A stretch of 64,000 nucleotides of DNA from a bacterium (GCA_963675755.2 CAXXMD010000003.1:1184001-1248000), one strand, 5' to 3'; positions 39,870 through 49,757 are shown, counted from the first letter of the stretch. Notes: a model not told the origin generated them from the sequence alone. Made by a program: numbers and translations.

Positions 39870-42800
39870 AAAAAGCAGTATATAAAATCATTCCGGCATT
39901 TTATGTTTTAATGTTGTTGTTTTCAGGCTTTTCTTTTGCAAAAGATAATTTATCAGGGCAAAACCAATCGAATTCTGACATTAAAACGATAAATATTTAT
40001 TGCTCCCAGGACAGCTTTAAATATATCTATGATAACCCACTTCAGGATTATTATATACATGTCGCGGTTGAATATGATGGGCAAACATGGCCTAGTATTC
40101 CTATGCGTATCAGGGGTGACAGTTCACGAGGTTATCCTAAAAAATCTTTGAAATTACAATTCCCTGAAAAATTTGATGATTGGGGGGATACCATTAACCT
40201 GAACGCCGAGTACCGGGACCTGGGATACTTTCGCTCTACTGTTTCCAGCCGATTGTATAGAGATACCGGGCACCCCTGTTTCAGGACTGAACATTTTAGC
40301 GTATACCTGAATGGTGAATATTTGGGTTTATATGTTAGAATTGAAAATATTGACAACTATTTTTTAAAACATTGGGACCTGGATGTAGACGGCAACCTCT
40401 ACAAAGCTTACAAAGACGGAGCATGTCTGAGTGTTTATGATGATGTTGAATATCACTGGGAGAAAAAAACAAACAAATCTGCACCATTTACTGACCTGAA
40501 AGAACTGATCAGAGATATTAACACAGTAAAGGATGGCGATTTCTATCAGTTCCTTCAAAACACCTTTGATTATAAATCCCTTATTAATGCTTTTGCCGTG
40601 AACATGATGATCTCTAACGGCAGCACATATTATCACAACTATTACCTGTACCATGACACTGAAAAAAGCAATAAATGGATGTATCTCCCCTGGGATATGG
40701 ACCTTTCATTAAGTCCTTATGGCATCAACTATGCCTATCATCGTAGTTCTGGTATGTGGACTGTAGATAACCCCCTGCTTGAAAGGGCTATTCTATGCAC
40801 ACCTGTATTGGATGACATTCAAACCCGAATCGATGAGTTGGCGGCAACCTGGATAAATTCAGAACATGTTACCCCCATCATGGATAGCCTGGCCGCTGTT
40901 ATTCAAGATGATGTAAGCAGAGATACAACGGACAATGTGGAGAGCCTGGATGTCTGGACAAAAGCCATTGATAATGACAAAGCCTTTATTTCATCCCGAT
41001 ATGCCAAGCTAAAGGACCAGTTTGCTTATTGGCCCTCATCTTTCAGAATCAATCCACAGGCAACCGTCTTTCATGACTCTGTACATTTCAACTGGTATGC
41101 GTCTCAAGATCCCAACAACAATCCCATAACGTATACGCTTTATTATAGCAAATCTAAAAGTTTTTCTTCTGAACCTGTTTTCATGGTTGAAAACATTACA
41201 GACACGCTTGCATCCATAGCAACACCGACAGACAAAACAACATATTACTGGTATGTTACCGCATCAAATCCATATACCAAAGTTCCGGGATTTGACACCT
41301 ATAATGCTTTTACAATCAAAGACCAAACTCCATTGAACCCGGAAATCACAAATGACATAACTTTAACCAAAGAGAATTCTCCCTATTATGTAAACCAGGA
41401 CATAACAGTTCATGAAAACGCTATCCTATATATAGAACAAGGTGCAGAAATCGTATTTGATGAAGCCACATCTCTGACAATAAAAGGAAACATCATTGCC
41501 ACTGGCTCTTTACAAGAACCGATCCAACTCAAATCAAATACGGCTGATCAGTATTGGTCAGGTATCTATCTTGATACTCTTAAAGATCAATGCATATTTT
41601 CGAACATTCAATTTATCAATTGCTTTCATTGGGATAATACGGAAACCCATTTACCCGTTATTAGCGCAAACAATACAAATCTGTTAATACAGGATGCTTC
41701 TTTCATAAACTGTTCGGGAGGCATATCCGCCAGTGGCAATAAAGCCGAGATTAAAAACTGTTCATTTACTGATATGCAGGGGAAAGCAATACGCATTACC
41801 AATTGTCTGGCAACAATTCTGGATAACAACATTGTTCTAAAAGATTCTGCTGATGCAATCATCCTGGAAAACGCAGACAATAGTACAATTCAAGGAAACA
41901 GTATCAAAAATTCCGGCATCTATATAACGAATGATTCAAAAAATATTTACATATCTCAAAACAGAATTTCTTCTGCTCCGGACTATGGAATCAAAATATC
42001 GGACCATTCTACAGCCATGATGGACTATAACATATTGGAACATGCACAAACCGGAATAACCGTACAAGACAGTTCAAATGTCATTGCAAACAATAATACC
42101 CTGGTAAATAACAACATTTCTTTTTCAGCATTATGTGTAAATCATTCATTATGGGGAGGTGTTATAAATATCTCGAATACCATCATTTCAGGTTCAGTAA
42201 CACCTGTTTATTATGATGAAAAATCAGATATTCAAATCAGTTATACCTTGTGCGATACAAAACTCTTATCAGGGCAAGGCAACCTTTATGATGATCCCCG
42301 GTTTGCGTCAGAAAATGATTATTCACTGTTACCGGATTCTCCCTGCATTCATGCAGGAAATCCCAATTTTGGTTCTGACAATGACGGATTTATTACGGAC
42401 ATGGGTGCAGTTCCTTATATGTCCATACCCAAAATTGTCATTAACGAAATCAATTATCATTCATCCAACGACTTTGATTCAAAAGATTGGGTAGAATTTT
42501 ACAATGCAGATTCATCAAGTATAAATATTTCAAACTGGACCTTTCAGGATGAAAATTATAACACATATACCTTTCCAAACAATACAATTCTTGGCAGTAA
42601 TGCTTACCTGGTATTATGTCAAGACACACTCGAGTTCGAATCGTTTTATCCCGATGTTACCTGCATTTTGGGAAACATGGATTTTGGGCTGAACAATGGT
42701 GGTGAACTTTTAAGCCTGTACAATCTTGCCAATTTGCTGGTAGATTCGGTACGCTTTGATGACAAGGCTCCCTGGCCGGTTTCCGCAGACGGTAAAGGGG

Positions 42801-43165
42801 CTACACTAGAATTATTGGATCCCGACAGTGACAACGGAATACCAGAAAGCTGGTCCGGACGGTTTTTATATGGGTCACCCGGCAGAACCAATAACCAACC
42901 CGCCTCGGAGTCAAAATCAGTATTGTATCAAAACTATCCCAATCCTTTTTACAATAAAACAACAATTCGGTTTTCCGGTGAAACAAAAAAAGCGGAAATC
43001 ACAATATTCAACATACTGGGCCAAAAAGTTGAATCGTTCTATCCATCAGAAAATGAAAACACGGTAATATGGGATGGCTCAACTTTACCATCCGGTATTT
43101 ATTTTTACCGACTGGAAATTGACAACAAGCATATTAACACAATAAAAGCAATACATCTCAAATAA
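39866..43165 (+). CDS. Second secreted CotH-family protein with FN3-like, beta-helix, lamin-tail and sorting domains
   Basis: RIRGDSSR.YPKKS, NLNAEY.D, GLYVRIE.ID, HNYYLY, LPWDMD, NosD-like beta-helix, IVINEINY, QNYPNPF...SGIYFY. Confidence 0.88.
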   Translation: MKKAVYKIIPAFYVLMLLFSGFSFAKDNLSGQNQSNSDIKTINIYCSQDSFKYIYDNPLQDYYIHVAVEYDGQTWPSIPMRIRGDSSRGYPKKSLKLQFPEKFDDWGDTINLNAEYRDLGYFRSTVSSRLYRDTGHPCFRTEHFSVYLNGEYLGLYVRIENIDNYFLKHWDLDVDGNLYKAYKDGACLSVYDDVEYHWEKKTNKSAPFTDLKELIRDINTVKDGDFYQFLQNTFDYKSLINAFAVNMMISNGSTYYHNYYLYHDTEKSNKWMYLPWDMDLSLSPYGINYAYHRSSGMWTVDNPLLERAILCTPVLDDIQTRIDELAATWINSEHVTPIMDSLAAVIQDDVSRDTTDNVESLDVWTKAIDNDKAFISSRYAKLKDQFAYWPSSFRINPQATVFHDSVHFNWYASQDPNNNPITYTLYYSKSKSFSSEPVFMVENITDTLASIATPTDKTTYYWYVTASNPYTKVPGFDTYNAFTIKDQTPLNPEITNDITLTKENSPYYVNQDITVHENAILYIEQGAEIVFDEATSLTIKGNIIATGSLQEPIQLKSNTADQYWSGIYLDTLKDQCIFSNIQFINCFHWDNTETHLPVISANNTNLLIQDASFINCSGGISASGNKAEIKNCSFTDMQGKAIRITNCLATILDNNIVLKDSADAIILENADNSTIQGNSIKNSGIYITNDSKNIYISQNRISSAPDYGIKISDHSTAMMDYNILEHAQTGITVQDSSNVIANNNTLVNNNISFSALCVNHSLWGGVINISNTIISGSVTPVYYDEKSDIQISYTLCDTKLLSGQGNLYDDPRFASENDYSLLPDSPCIHAGNPNFGSDNDGFITDMGAVPYMSIPKIVINEINYHSSNDFDSKDWVEFYNADSSSINISNWTFQDENYNTYTFPNNTILGSNAYLVLCQDTLEFESFYPDVTCILGNMDFGLNNGGELLSLYNLANLLVDSVRFDDKAPWPVSADGKGATLELLDPDSDNGIPESWSGRFLYGSPGRTNNQPASESKSVLYQNYPNPFYNKTTIRFSGETKKAEITIFNILGQKVESFYPSENENTVIWDGSTLPSGIYFYRLEIDNKHINTIKAIHLK

Positions 43166-43169
43166 CAGA

Positions 43170-44261
43170 GTGGTGATAAAATTGAAAAACAAAACAATCC
43201 TTATACTGATCTCACTGGTAATCCTGATTTTAGCCATTATGTCTGGTTTTATTAAAACAAACAAAACCCATATATTCCCCTGTCTTTTTTTAGCACAGGC
43301 AGAGTGGTCGGTTCACATGGATGATCCTGAAAAATTATACATGGAATTAACAAGAAACGATAAAAATCTGGTAGATCGTTTTTCATGCTTTCATTTTAGC
43401 CGGCCAGACCTGGTACATTTTAAGCTTTTACCCAATATAACATTTGGCACCCCCATCCGTGCCGGTCAGGTGATTGCCCAAATACATTCAAAAGAAGACG
43501 AATATCGTATTGAAACAATTAAAGCCGAGCTTGAACAAACCCGTGCTGAATTACAAATGTTAAAAGTAGGTGAAAAAATTGAATTGCAGCAAGAAGCAGA
43601 GCAGGAGCTTGAATATGCCAGAGCCCAGATAAAAGCATATAAACCGCAGCTTGAACGAAAAAAAGAAATGTACAATTCCAGTCTGATCAGCATTGAAGAA
43701 CTGGAACTGGCAGAAGCGACTTTTAGACTTTTACAGATAAATGCAGAATTACAAACCGCAAAATTAAAAGCAACCCAAACAGGAGAAAAGCCAGAGTATA
43801 TTCAATATATCCAAACCGAACTGGAAGGGTTTGAAAAACAGTATTCGATCCTTGAAATGAAAAACCAGGCAAAGCAAATCACCTCCCCGGTATCCGGTAT
43901 TGTCAGTGACGGCAACAAAGCCGGCCTGGTATGCCAGGTAAACAAAACCGACACCCTGATTGTAAAAATACCCGTTTCAGAATCATTAATAGGCCGGGTT
44001 AAGACAGATCAAAAAATCAAGATTGCATTACCTTACAACAATTATGAATCAAGAGAATGTCAAATACTCGAAATTGGGAATCAGGCGCATTTTATTAATG
44101 GGCAGTCCATATTCTACCTGTTATGCAGTATCGCCAATCCGGAAAACATAATCAAAACCGGTTCTACGGGTATCGCAAAAATCAATTTTGGACCGGTTCC
44201 TCTGTATCAGCGATTCATTGAACAGTGGAATAACTATAAAGTACGAAAGCTAACAATCTAG
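43170..44261 (+). CDS. HlyD-like periplasmic adaptor (membrane fusion protein)
   Basis: N-terminal TM helix, IRAGQVIAQI lipoyl half-motif, long coiled coil, ITSPVSGIV, IKTGSTG.AKI. Confidence 0.8.
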   Translation: MVIKLKNKTILILISLVILILAIMSGFIKTNKTHIFPCLFLAQAEWSVHMDDPEKLYMELTRNDKNLVDRFSCFHFSRPDLVHFKLLPNITFGTPIRAGQVIAQIHSKEDEYRIETIKAELEQTRAELQMLKVGEKIELQQEAEQELEYARAQIKAYKPQLERKKEMYNSSLISIEELELAEATFRLLQINAELQTAKLKATQTGEKPEYIQYIQTELEGFEKQYSILEMKNQAKQITSPVSGIVSDGNKAGLVCQVNKTDTLIVKIPVSESLIGRVKTDQKIKIALPYNNYESRECQILEIGNQAHFINGQSIFYLLCSIANPENIIKTGSTGIAKINFGPVPLYQRFIEQWNNYKVRKLTI

Positions 44262-44282
44262 ATCATAAAACAGGACGATTCA

Positions 44283-45050
44283 ATGACCAGCTCTAAAAAT
44301 CACATATCACGATACGAAATCAAGTATTATGTTCCTGTTGAAATGGCAGAAAATATAAAAAATTTGATTGGGCCTTTTGTCAAACTTGATCCCTATGCGG
44401 AAAAAGTAGAAAATAATCGCTATTTGGTACGAAGCCTCTATTATGATACGCCAGACCTTGATTTTTATTATGAAAAGGTAGACGGGCTCAAAGTAAGGAA
44501 AAAATTACGCGTAAGAACATATAATGATTTTCACCCGGACAATATAGGATTCCTGGAAATTAAACGCAGATACAACAATTGTGTTGTCAAAGAAAGAACC
44601 AAAATACCCATTACCAACATTGACGATTTGATGAAAACACCAGTCGAATATGTTAACCGATTCAAGAGTTCGAACGGTAAATACAGATCTTTGCATCGTT
44701 TTGTCTATAACATGACAACACTAAACCTTGAACCTACCCTGCTGATACTATATGACAGAGATGCGTTCATGGACCAAATTGATGACAGGGCCAGATTAAC
44801 CATAGACTATAATGTAAGAATGAAATATGCTCCCTCTCACAATGAAATATATACAAACGAAACCCTCGCACCGGTTACTGAAAAACAATGCATTCTGGAA
44901 CTGAAATTTGACGAATTTATGCCCAAATGGATGCGGAGGCTGGTACAAAAAGTTAAAATACGACCGGAATCGATTTCAAAATACTGCCTGGGAATAGATG
45001 GAAATTTTAACGGAAATAAAGGATTAACGGATGCAGGATCTCATTTTTGA
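44283..45050 (+). CDS. VTC (polyphosphate polymerase-like, CYTH/TTM fold) domain protein
   Basis: RYEIKY, SLYYDTPD, RKKLRVRTY, FLEIKRR, KER, Y.R.A, RLTID, ILELKF, SKY. Confidence 0.9.
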   Translation: MTSSKNHISRYEIKYYVPVEMAENIKNLIGPFVKLDPYAEKVENNRYLVRSLYYDTPDLDFYYEKVDGLKVRKKLRVRTYNDFHPDNIGFLEIKRRYNNCVVKERTKIPITNIDDLMKTPVEYVNRFKSSNGKYRSLHRFVYNMTTLNLEPTLLILYDRDAFMDQIDDRARLTIDYNVRMKYAPSHNEIYTNETLAPVTEKQCILELKFDEFMPKWMRRLVQKVKIRPESISKYCLGIDGNFNGNKGLTDAGSHF

Positions 45051-45720
45051 AAGTTTGCTGGCAAACAGCGCAACTATAACTATTTTTGATGTATTTTTTA
45101 ATATTTTGCTATCTTTATGCTTGGGTTTATTGATTACACTTGTATATAAACTCACCTACAAGGGATATGCTTATTCGGTTACATTTGTAAACACATTGAT
45201 CATCATTACAATGGTTACTACAATTGTCATTATGGTAATCGGTAACAACCTGGCTCGGGCTTTTGGCTTGGTAGGTGCCATGTCAATCATCCGGTTTAGA
45301 ACTGCCGTTAAAGACTCGCTCGATATTGCATTTGTTTTTTTCTCTCTTGCCGCGGGCATGGCAGCTGGCGCCGGCAACCATATCATTGGGATTATTGGCT
45401 GCTCTGTTGTAGCCTTGATCGTTGTTATTTTACATTTCACCAAATATGGCGCCACCTTTCATGAAGAAATGATGCTGCGATTCTGGGTCATGCCGGAGCA
45501 CAATGAAAAGCCCGCCTATCTCGATATTTTCAAAAAATACCTGTCTGTTCATTCTCTTGTTAATATCCGTTCCGCGAGGTTGGGCGAATTTCTCGAGCTC
45601 ACCTTTAATGTGCGCTTTAAAAAAGATAAAACCCATCAGGAACTGGTGCAAGAGCTGGCAATGCACGAAGGTATAGAACGGGTATCGCTGGTTTATGGAG
45701 AGAATTTGTCAGAAAATTAA
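45031..45720 (+). CDS. DUF4956 family membrane protein (MgtC/SapB-like)
   Basis: IGNNLARAFGLVGAMSIIRFRTAVKD..DIAFVF..LAAGMAAG, with a C-terminal ACT-like domain. Confidence 0.9.
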   Translation: MQDLIFESLLANSATITIFDVFFNILLSLCLGLLITLVYKLTYKGYAYSVTFVNTLIIITMVTTIVIMVIGNNLARAFGLVGAMSIIRFRTAVKDSLDIAFVFFSLAAGMAAGAGNHIIGIIGCSVVALIVVILHFTKYGATFHEEMMLRFWVMPEHNEKPAYLDIFKKYLSVHSLVNIRSARLGEFLELTFNVRFKKDKTHQELVQELAMHEGIERVSLVYGENLSEN

Positions 45721-46331
45721 ATTTTATTCTTAACAAATTGATATATCAATTGTCCAAGTTTAAATACATCTGTTGTTCCGACAATTGGTATATCATCTTT
45801 TTCTTTATAGTTCTTTTTTGAATTTTCTATTGCTTTATCAATTAGAACAAAACATCTTTTGGAATCGAATCCCCCGGAAATTTTTTTATTTACAAAACTT
45901 TTCCATGATTTTGAAATATGCATATTCTCAAAATCCGGATAACTATCAAAAAAATGATAATACAACCAAACTTCAAAACAAGGATTACTGATTCCAACAA
46001 ACCATGATTCTTCTTCAGCATCATTCTTCAAATCATTTATTTGGGTCCATTTATCAACATCAACAATAAACCAGACATAATCAGTACTTCTTAATTCAAT
46101 GTCTTGAACTTTGAATAATTCTTGTGCTTTTTCAAATAATCCTGTTGGAGAATTATTATCATGCTGCTCAGTCTGGATAATTCTGGGATCTATTCTTGAA
46201 TCTAATCCTCTAAAACAACTAAAATATTGATATTCCCGTTTAGCACCCTCACAAAATATGAAAATTTTTATTGCTTTTTTACTGGGGGCTTCACGTACAT
46301 ACTTTCGTTTATCAGGTTTTTGTAGTATCAT
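45717..46331 (-). CDS. RloB family (AbiLii-like, TOPRIM-like) protein
   Basis: IFCEG.KRE..YF, VWFIVDVD, SNPCFEVWLYYHF, C-terminal TDVFKL. Confidence 0.88.
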   Translation of the reverse strand: MILQKPDKRKYVREAPSKKAIKIFIFCEGAKREYQYFSCFRGLDSRIDPRIIQTEQHDNNSPTGLFEKAQELFKVQDIELRSTDYVWFIVDVDKWTQINDLKNDAEEESWFVGISNPCFEVWLYYHFFDSYPDFENMHISKSWKSFVNKKISGGFDSKRCFVLIDKAIENSKKNYKEKDDIPIVGTTDVFKLGQLIYQFVKNKI

Positions 46332-47673
46332 AAGAATGCCAATTTAATTCATCAAGGTTGCCTAAAAAAGGAATTGAACCATACCTGCCATTCAAATACC
46401 CTTTACGAATATCAATTGTATTATGCTCTTTATAATCGCTCAGAGAATACAAATCCGTACAGCCTTTTCTGTCCTTTTCAGCGAACCATATCTCATCCTG
46501 ACGGAATATGGACTGGTCCAGTAAATTACATTCATGCGTTGTAAAAACAAGCTGGCCTTTGGTATTCTCATCTGATGAAAATTTTTTAATTAATTTTTTA
46601 ATTAAAACCGGGTGCATACTTCTTTCTATTTCATCAATTATAAAAACTTTTTTCTTTGAGACAATTACTTTAAAAGCAGGGATAAAATCCAGTAAACGTA
46701 GAGTACCATCAGATTCTTCATCTAAATCAAAACGTTTAACTGATTCACCTATACCCAAATGTTCCAAAAACAGATGTTTTACTATATAATCATTGTTTTC
46801 TTTAACAATTATTAATTCATCACCATTGCTATTCCTTAATGCGATCATTTTTGATGGAGACTCTTCAATATTCTTTATTAGCTCTTCAATATCATAGTCG
46901 GCACTATCACCAAAAAACTCTTTCATCTGTTTTTTTTCTAAAACAATATTAACAATTCCTATATCAAACGCTTTTAATATATCAATAGTATATTTTTTAA
47001 AATCATCATCAATATCAACATGGTGAGCCAAAGCTGCAGGCTTTGAACTTGGAAAAATAATTTGTAAACAATCTTCAAACCATTGATATGCATCTCCAAC
47101 TAATTCTAATTGTGGATTTTTTAAAGTTGTTAGCAATTTAAAAATTGGTTTATTGGATTTTGAAAAACTTTTTTCTATTAATTTTTTCAAGATCTGATTT
47201 TCGGAATCCATCATAAATTCATTTGAAAAAAGAATTTGAGTGCTTCCCTCATTGTTAGTTTTTCTTTCAAAAATCAATTCATCATCTCTTTTTCCAACTC
47301 CTGATAAATATAGCTCTTCAGTTATCACTGTTTGCCTAGATATTTCCAAACCATAAATAAAAACTTTACTATTTGAAATAAACTCAATTGCAAATAATAT
47401 ACTTTTATCATTATTAAACTTGAAAGCTATATCCTGGATATTCGCAGGTAACATTTCTGTTGTTACTATATCTTTTAACAAATCCAATGCTTTAACTAAA
47501 TTTGATTTCCCGGCTCCATTCGCCCCATAAATTGAAGCCATTTTTAACAAATTTAATCCACATTCCGAGTATTTGTGATGATTGTGGGGCTTATATCTGG
47601 GCTGTGGCAGCATGTTAAATTCTTTTTGCTCCCCAAATGAATATACATTATTTATTACAAATCTTACTAACAT
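46312..47673 (-). CDS. AAA_21 ABC-type ATPase (RloA/AbiLi-like)
   Basis: IYGANGAGKSN, EESDGTLRL, IIDEIERSMHP, QLVFTTH, RQDEIWFAEK, YLNGRYGSIP. Confidence 0.9.
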   Translation of the reverse strand: MLVRFVINNVYSFGEQKEFNMLPQPRYKPHNHHKYSECGLNLLKMASIYGANGAGKSNLVKALDLLKDIVTTEMLPANIQDIAFKFNNDKSILFAIEFISNSKVFIYGLEISRQTVITEELYLSGVGKRDDELIFERKTNNEGSTQILFSNEFMMDSENQILKKLIEKSFSKSNKPIFKLLTTLKNPQLELVGDAYQWFEDCLQIIFPSSKPAALAHHVDIDDDFKKYTIDILKAFDIGIVNIVLEKKQMKEFFGDSADYDIEELIKNIEESPSKMIALRNSNGDELIIVKENNDYIVKHLFLEHLGIGESVKRFDLDEESDGTLRLLDFIPAFKVIVSKKKVFIIDEIERSMHPVLIKKLIKKFSSDENTKGQLVFTTHECNLLDQSIFRQDEIWFAEKDRKGCTDLYSLSDYKEHNTIDIRKGYLNGRYGSIPFLGNLDELNWHSYDTTKT

Positions 47674-47691
47674 CTCATTCCTTTATATAAA

Positions 47692-47781
47692 TGTGAAATA
47701 CTCACACAACATTACTAAAATAATCATAATAATGCAACATATTTATACAATTTTATTCATTATTGTGAATATTTCACACAA
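47692..47781 (-). promoter_or_regulatory. Promoter of the ATPase-RloB operon flanked by two TGTGA-N5-TCACA palindromes
   Basis: TGTGAAATACTCACACAA at 47692 and TGTGAATATTTCACACAA at 47764, with a minus-strand TTGCAT-N17-TAATGT (47737-47709) between them. Confidence 0.65.
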
Positions 47782-47782
47782 A

Positions 47783-47813
47783 AATCCCCGGCAGCCTAGG
47801 GTTACCGGGGATT
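47783..47813 (-). terminator. Intrinsic terminator after the 47839 gene
   Basis: AATCCCCGG...CCGGGGATT stem with a T-run on the minus strand. Confidence 0.75.
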
Positions 47814-47838
47814 ATTAATTTTTTAAATTATTTTCAGA

Positions 47839-48246
47839 TTATTGTTTTACTTCAAAAATCAGTTTTGCGGCTTTACCCCAGTACTGATCTTTACAAGCTT
47901 CAGTAACAATTTGCTCACCGTCTTTATCCAAAGCTTTTACTTCCAGGGTCAATTTTTCCAAAGGCGCTTCATAAGGTACCTGACCTACCAGTTCCCATAC
48001 GTTTTTCTCACTGCCTTCTTTGGGCTGCAAGATCATTTCTGGTGCATCATAGGGATATTCTTTAACCAATACTTCAACTGATTCAACATCCGCTGTTTTT
48101 CCGGTAAACTCGACGGTAATAACAACTTTGGCGCCCGGTGCAGCAACAGCAGGATCAATTTTTGCATCTACAACAGTTGGCTGTTTCGCAAAAGCCGAAA
48201 GAGCAGTCAACAATACCAATACACTGACAAACATCATGCGTTTCAT
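47839..48246 (-). CDS. Small secreted Ig-like hypothetical protein
   Basis: Signal peptide ending AFA, beta-strand pattern, AGGAG SD. Confidence 0.75.
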   Translation of the reverse strand: MKRMMFVSVLVLLTALSAFAKQPTVVDAKIDPAVAAPGAKVVITVEFTGKTADVESVEVLVKEYPYDAPEMILQPKEGSEKNVWELVGQVPYEAPLEKLTLEVKALDKDGEQIVTEACKDQYWGKAAKLIFEVKQ

Positions 48247-48316
48247 AGGTATCTCCTGTTTATTTTATTCCTTATTCTTAAATCTGCTTTTTCTATCAAC
48301 ACTATAGATTACCAAT

Positions 48317-49519
48317 TTATTCTGATTCAAGCACCTTTTTCACTTTTTCAAATGCCCAATCCAGATCTTCTTTACTGATCACCAATGGGGGTGCAAATCG
48401 GATGACATTCTCGTGCGTCTCTTTACACAAAAGACCATCTTTTTCAAGCTGTTCACAAAACCTGCGCGCGCCGCCTGCTTCAGGATTCAGTTCAATGCCG
48501 ATAAACAGCCCGCGTCCTCGGATCTCTTTGATGTGCTTTGAATCCAATGTTTGCAATTTAGATTTAAAATATTCGCCCAATTCGGCAGAACGTTCCGGGA
48601 GTTTTTCTTCAACCAAAATGCTCAAGGACTCGCGCGCAATAGCACACGCTAATGGATTTCCTCCAAAGGTGCTGCCATGATCTCCTGGCTTGAAAACACC
48701 CAGTACTTGATCGCTGGCCAGTACTGCTGAAACAGGATAAAATCCACCACTCAATGCTTTTCCAATAATCACCACATCCGGATCCACATTTTCATACTGA
48801 TAGGCAAACAACTTGCCGCTGCGGCCCAAACCGGACTGGATCTCGTCTAAAATAAAAAGCATATTTTTTTCTTTACAGAGCGCCTGAATTTGTTCAAGGG
48901 TACCCTCTTTAGGTATCAAAATACCGCCTTCTCCCTGTACAGGTTCAATCATAACAGCCACCGTGTTTTCTGTAACGGCTGCTTTTAATGCATCAATATC
49001 TCCATAGGGGACCAACATAAAACCCGGTGTAAAGGGTCCAAAACCTTCCTTATATTGTTCTTCGGAAGAAAATCCCACAATGGTTGTAGTACGGCCATGA
49101 AAATTGTTGCCAAACACAACAATCTCTGCCTTGTCTTTGGCCACTCCTTTGACGGTATAGCCCCATTTTCTGGCTGCTTTAATAGCTGTTTCCACCGCTT
49201 CTGCACCACTGTTCATGGGTAACACCCTGTCAAAACCTGTCAATTCGCAAAGCTCTTTGCACAACAGGGGTAACTGATCATTGCGAAACGCCCGCGATGT
49301 AAGGGTGATCTTTTCGCATTGATCTTTCATGGTTTTCACCAGCCGGGGATGACAATGCCCCTGGTTTACCGCCGAATAGGCGCTCAAAAAATCCATGTAC
49401 TTTTTACCTTCAACATCATAAACCCAAACGCCTTCCCCTCGAGTCAACACAACATCCAATGGATGGTAATTGTGAGCTCCGTACTGTTCCTCAATCCGGA
49501 TATACTCTTGTGTCGTCAT
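48317..49519 (-). CDS. rocD: Ornithine--oxo-acid transaminase
   Basis: GAHNYHPL, SAYSAVNQGHCHP, TLTSRAF, DEIQSGLGR, GKALSGG, HGSTFGGNP, LCKETH. Confidence 0.95.
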   Translation of the reverse strand: MTTQEYIRIEEQYGAHNYHPLDVVLTRGEGVWVYDVEGKKYMDFLSAYSAVNQGHCHPRLVKTMKDQCEKITLTSRAFRNDQLPLLCKELCELTGFDRVLPMNSGAEAVETAIKAARKWGYTVKGVAKDKAEIVVFGNNFHGRTTTIVGFSSEEQYKEGFGPFTPGFMLVPYGDIDALKAAVTENTVAVMIEPVQGEGGILIPKEGTLEQIQALCKEKNMLFILDEIQSGLGRSGKLFAYQYENVDPDVVIIGKALSGGFYPVSAVLASDQVLGVFKPGDHGSTFGGNPLACAIARESLSILVEEKLPERSAELGEYFKSKLQTLDSKHIKEIRGRGLFIGIELNPEAGGARRFCEQLEKDGLLCKETHENVIRFAPPLVISKEDLDWAFEKVKKVLESE

Positions 49520-49757
49520 TTAACCTCCTGATTCAAAAAAATGAATGCTTTACGCGCCGAAATTACAAATTTGCCCTTGAAAAAGCAAGTAAATCCCTGT
49601 TTTTTTCTACAAACTGTTAAAAACCCGCATCATTGTGCTTTAACATAAGCAGAGATTAACCTTGATTAATCGACCAAGTTTTTGTAATTTATCTCTTTAT
49701 GTGTGACAGCACAGTCTGAAATTTGAATATAGAGAATTACTATAGAAAGGATGTAAC

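Noticed and set aside
49520-49757. T-box riboswitch upstream of trpS
   Set aside because: No T-box consensus (GGTGGNACCGCG) or leader terminator. The region is a short divergent promoter.
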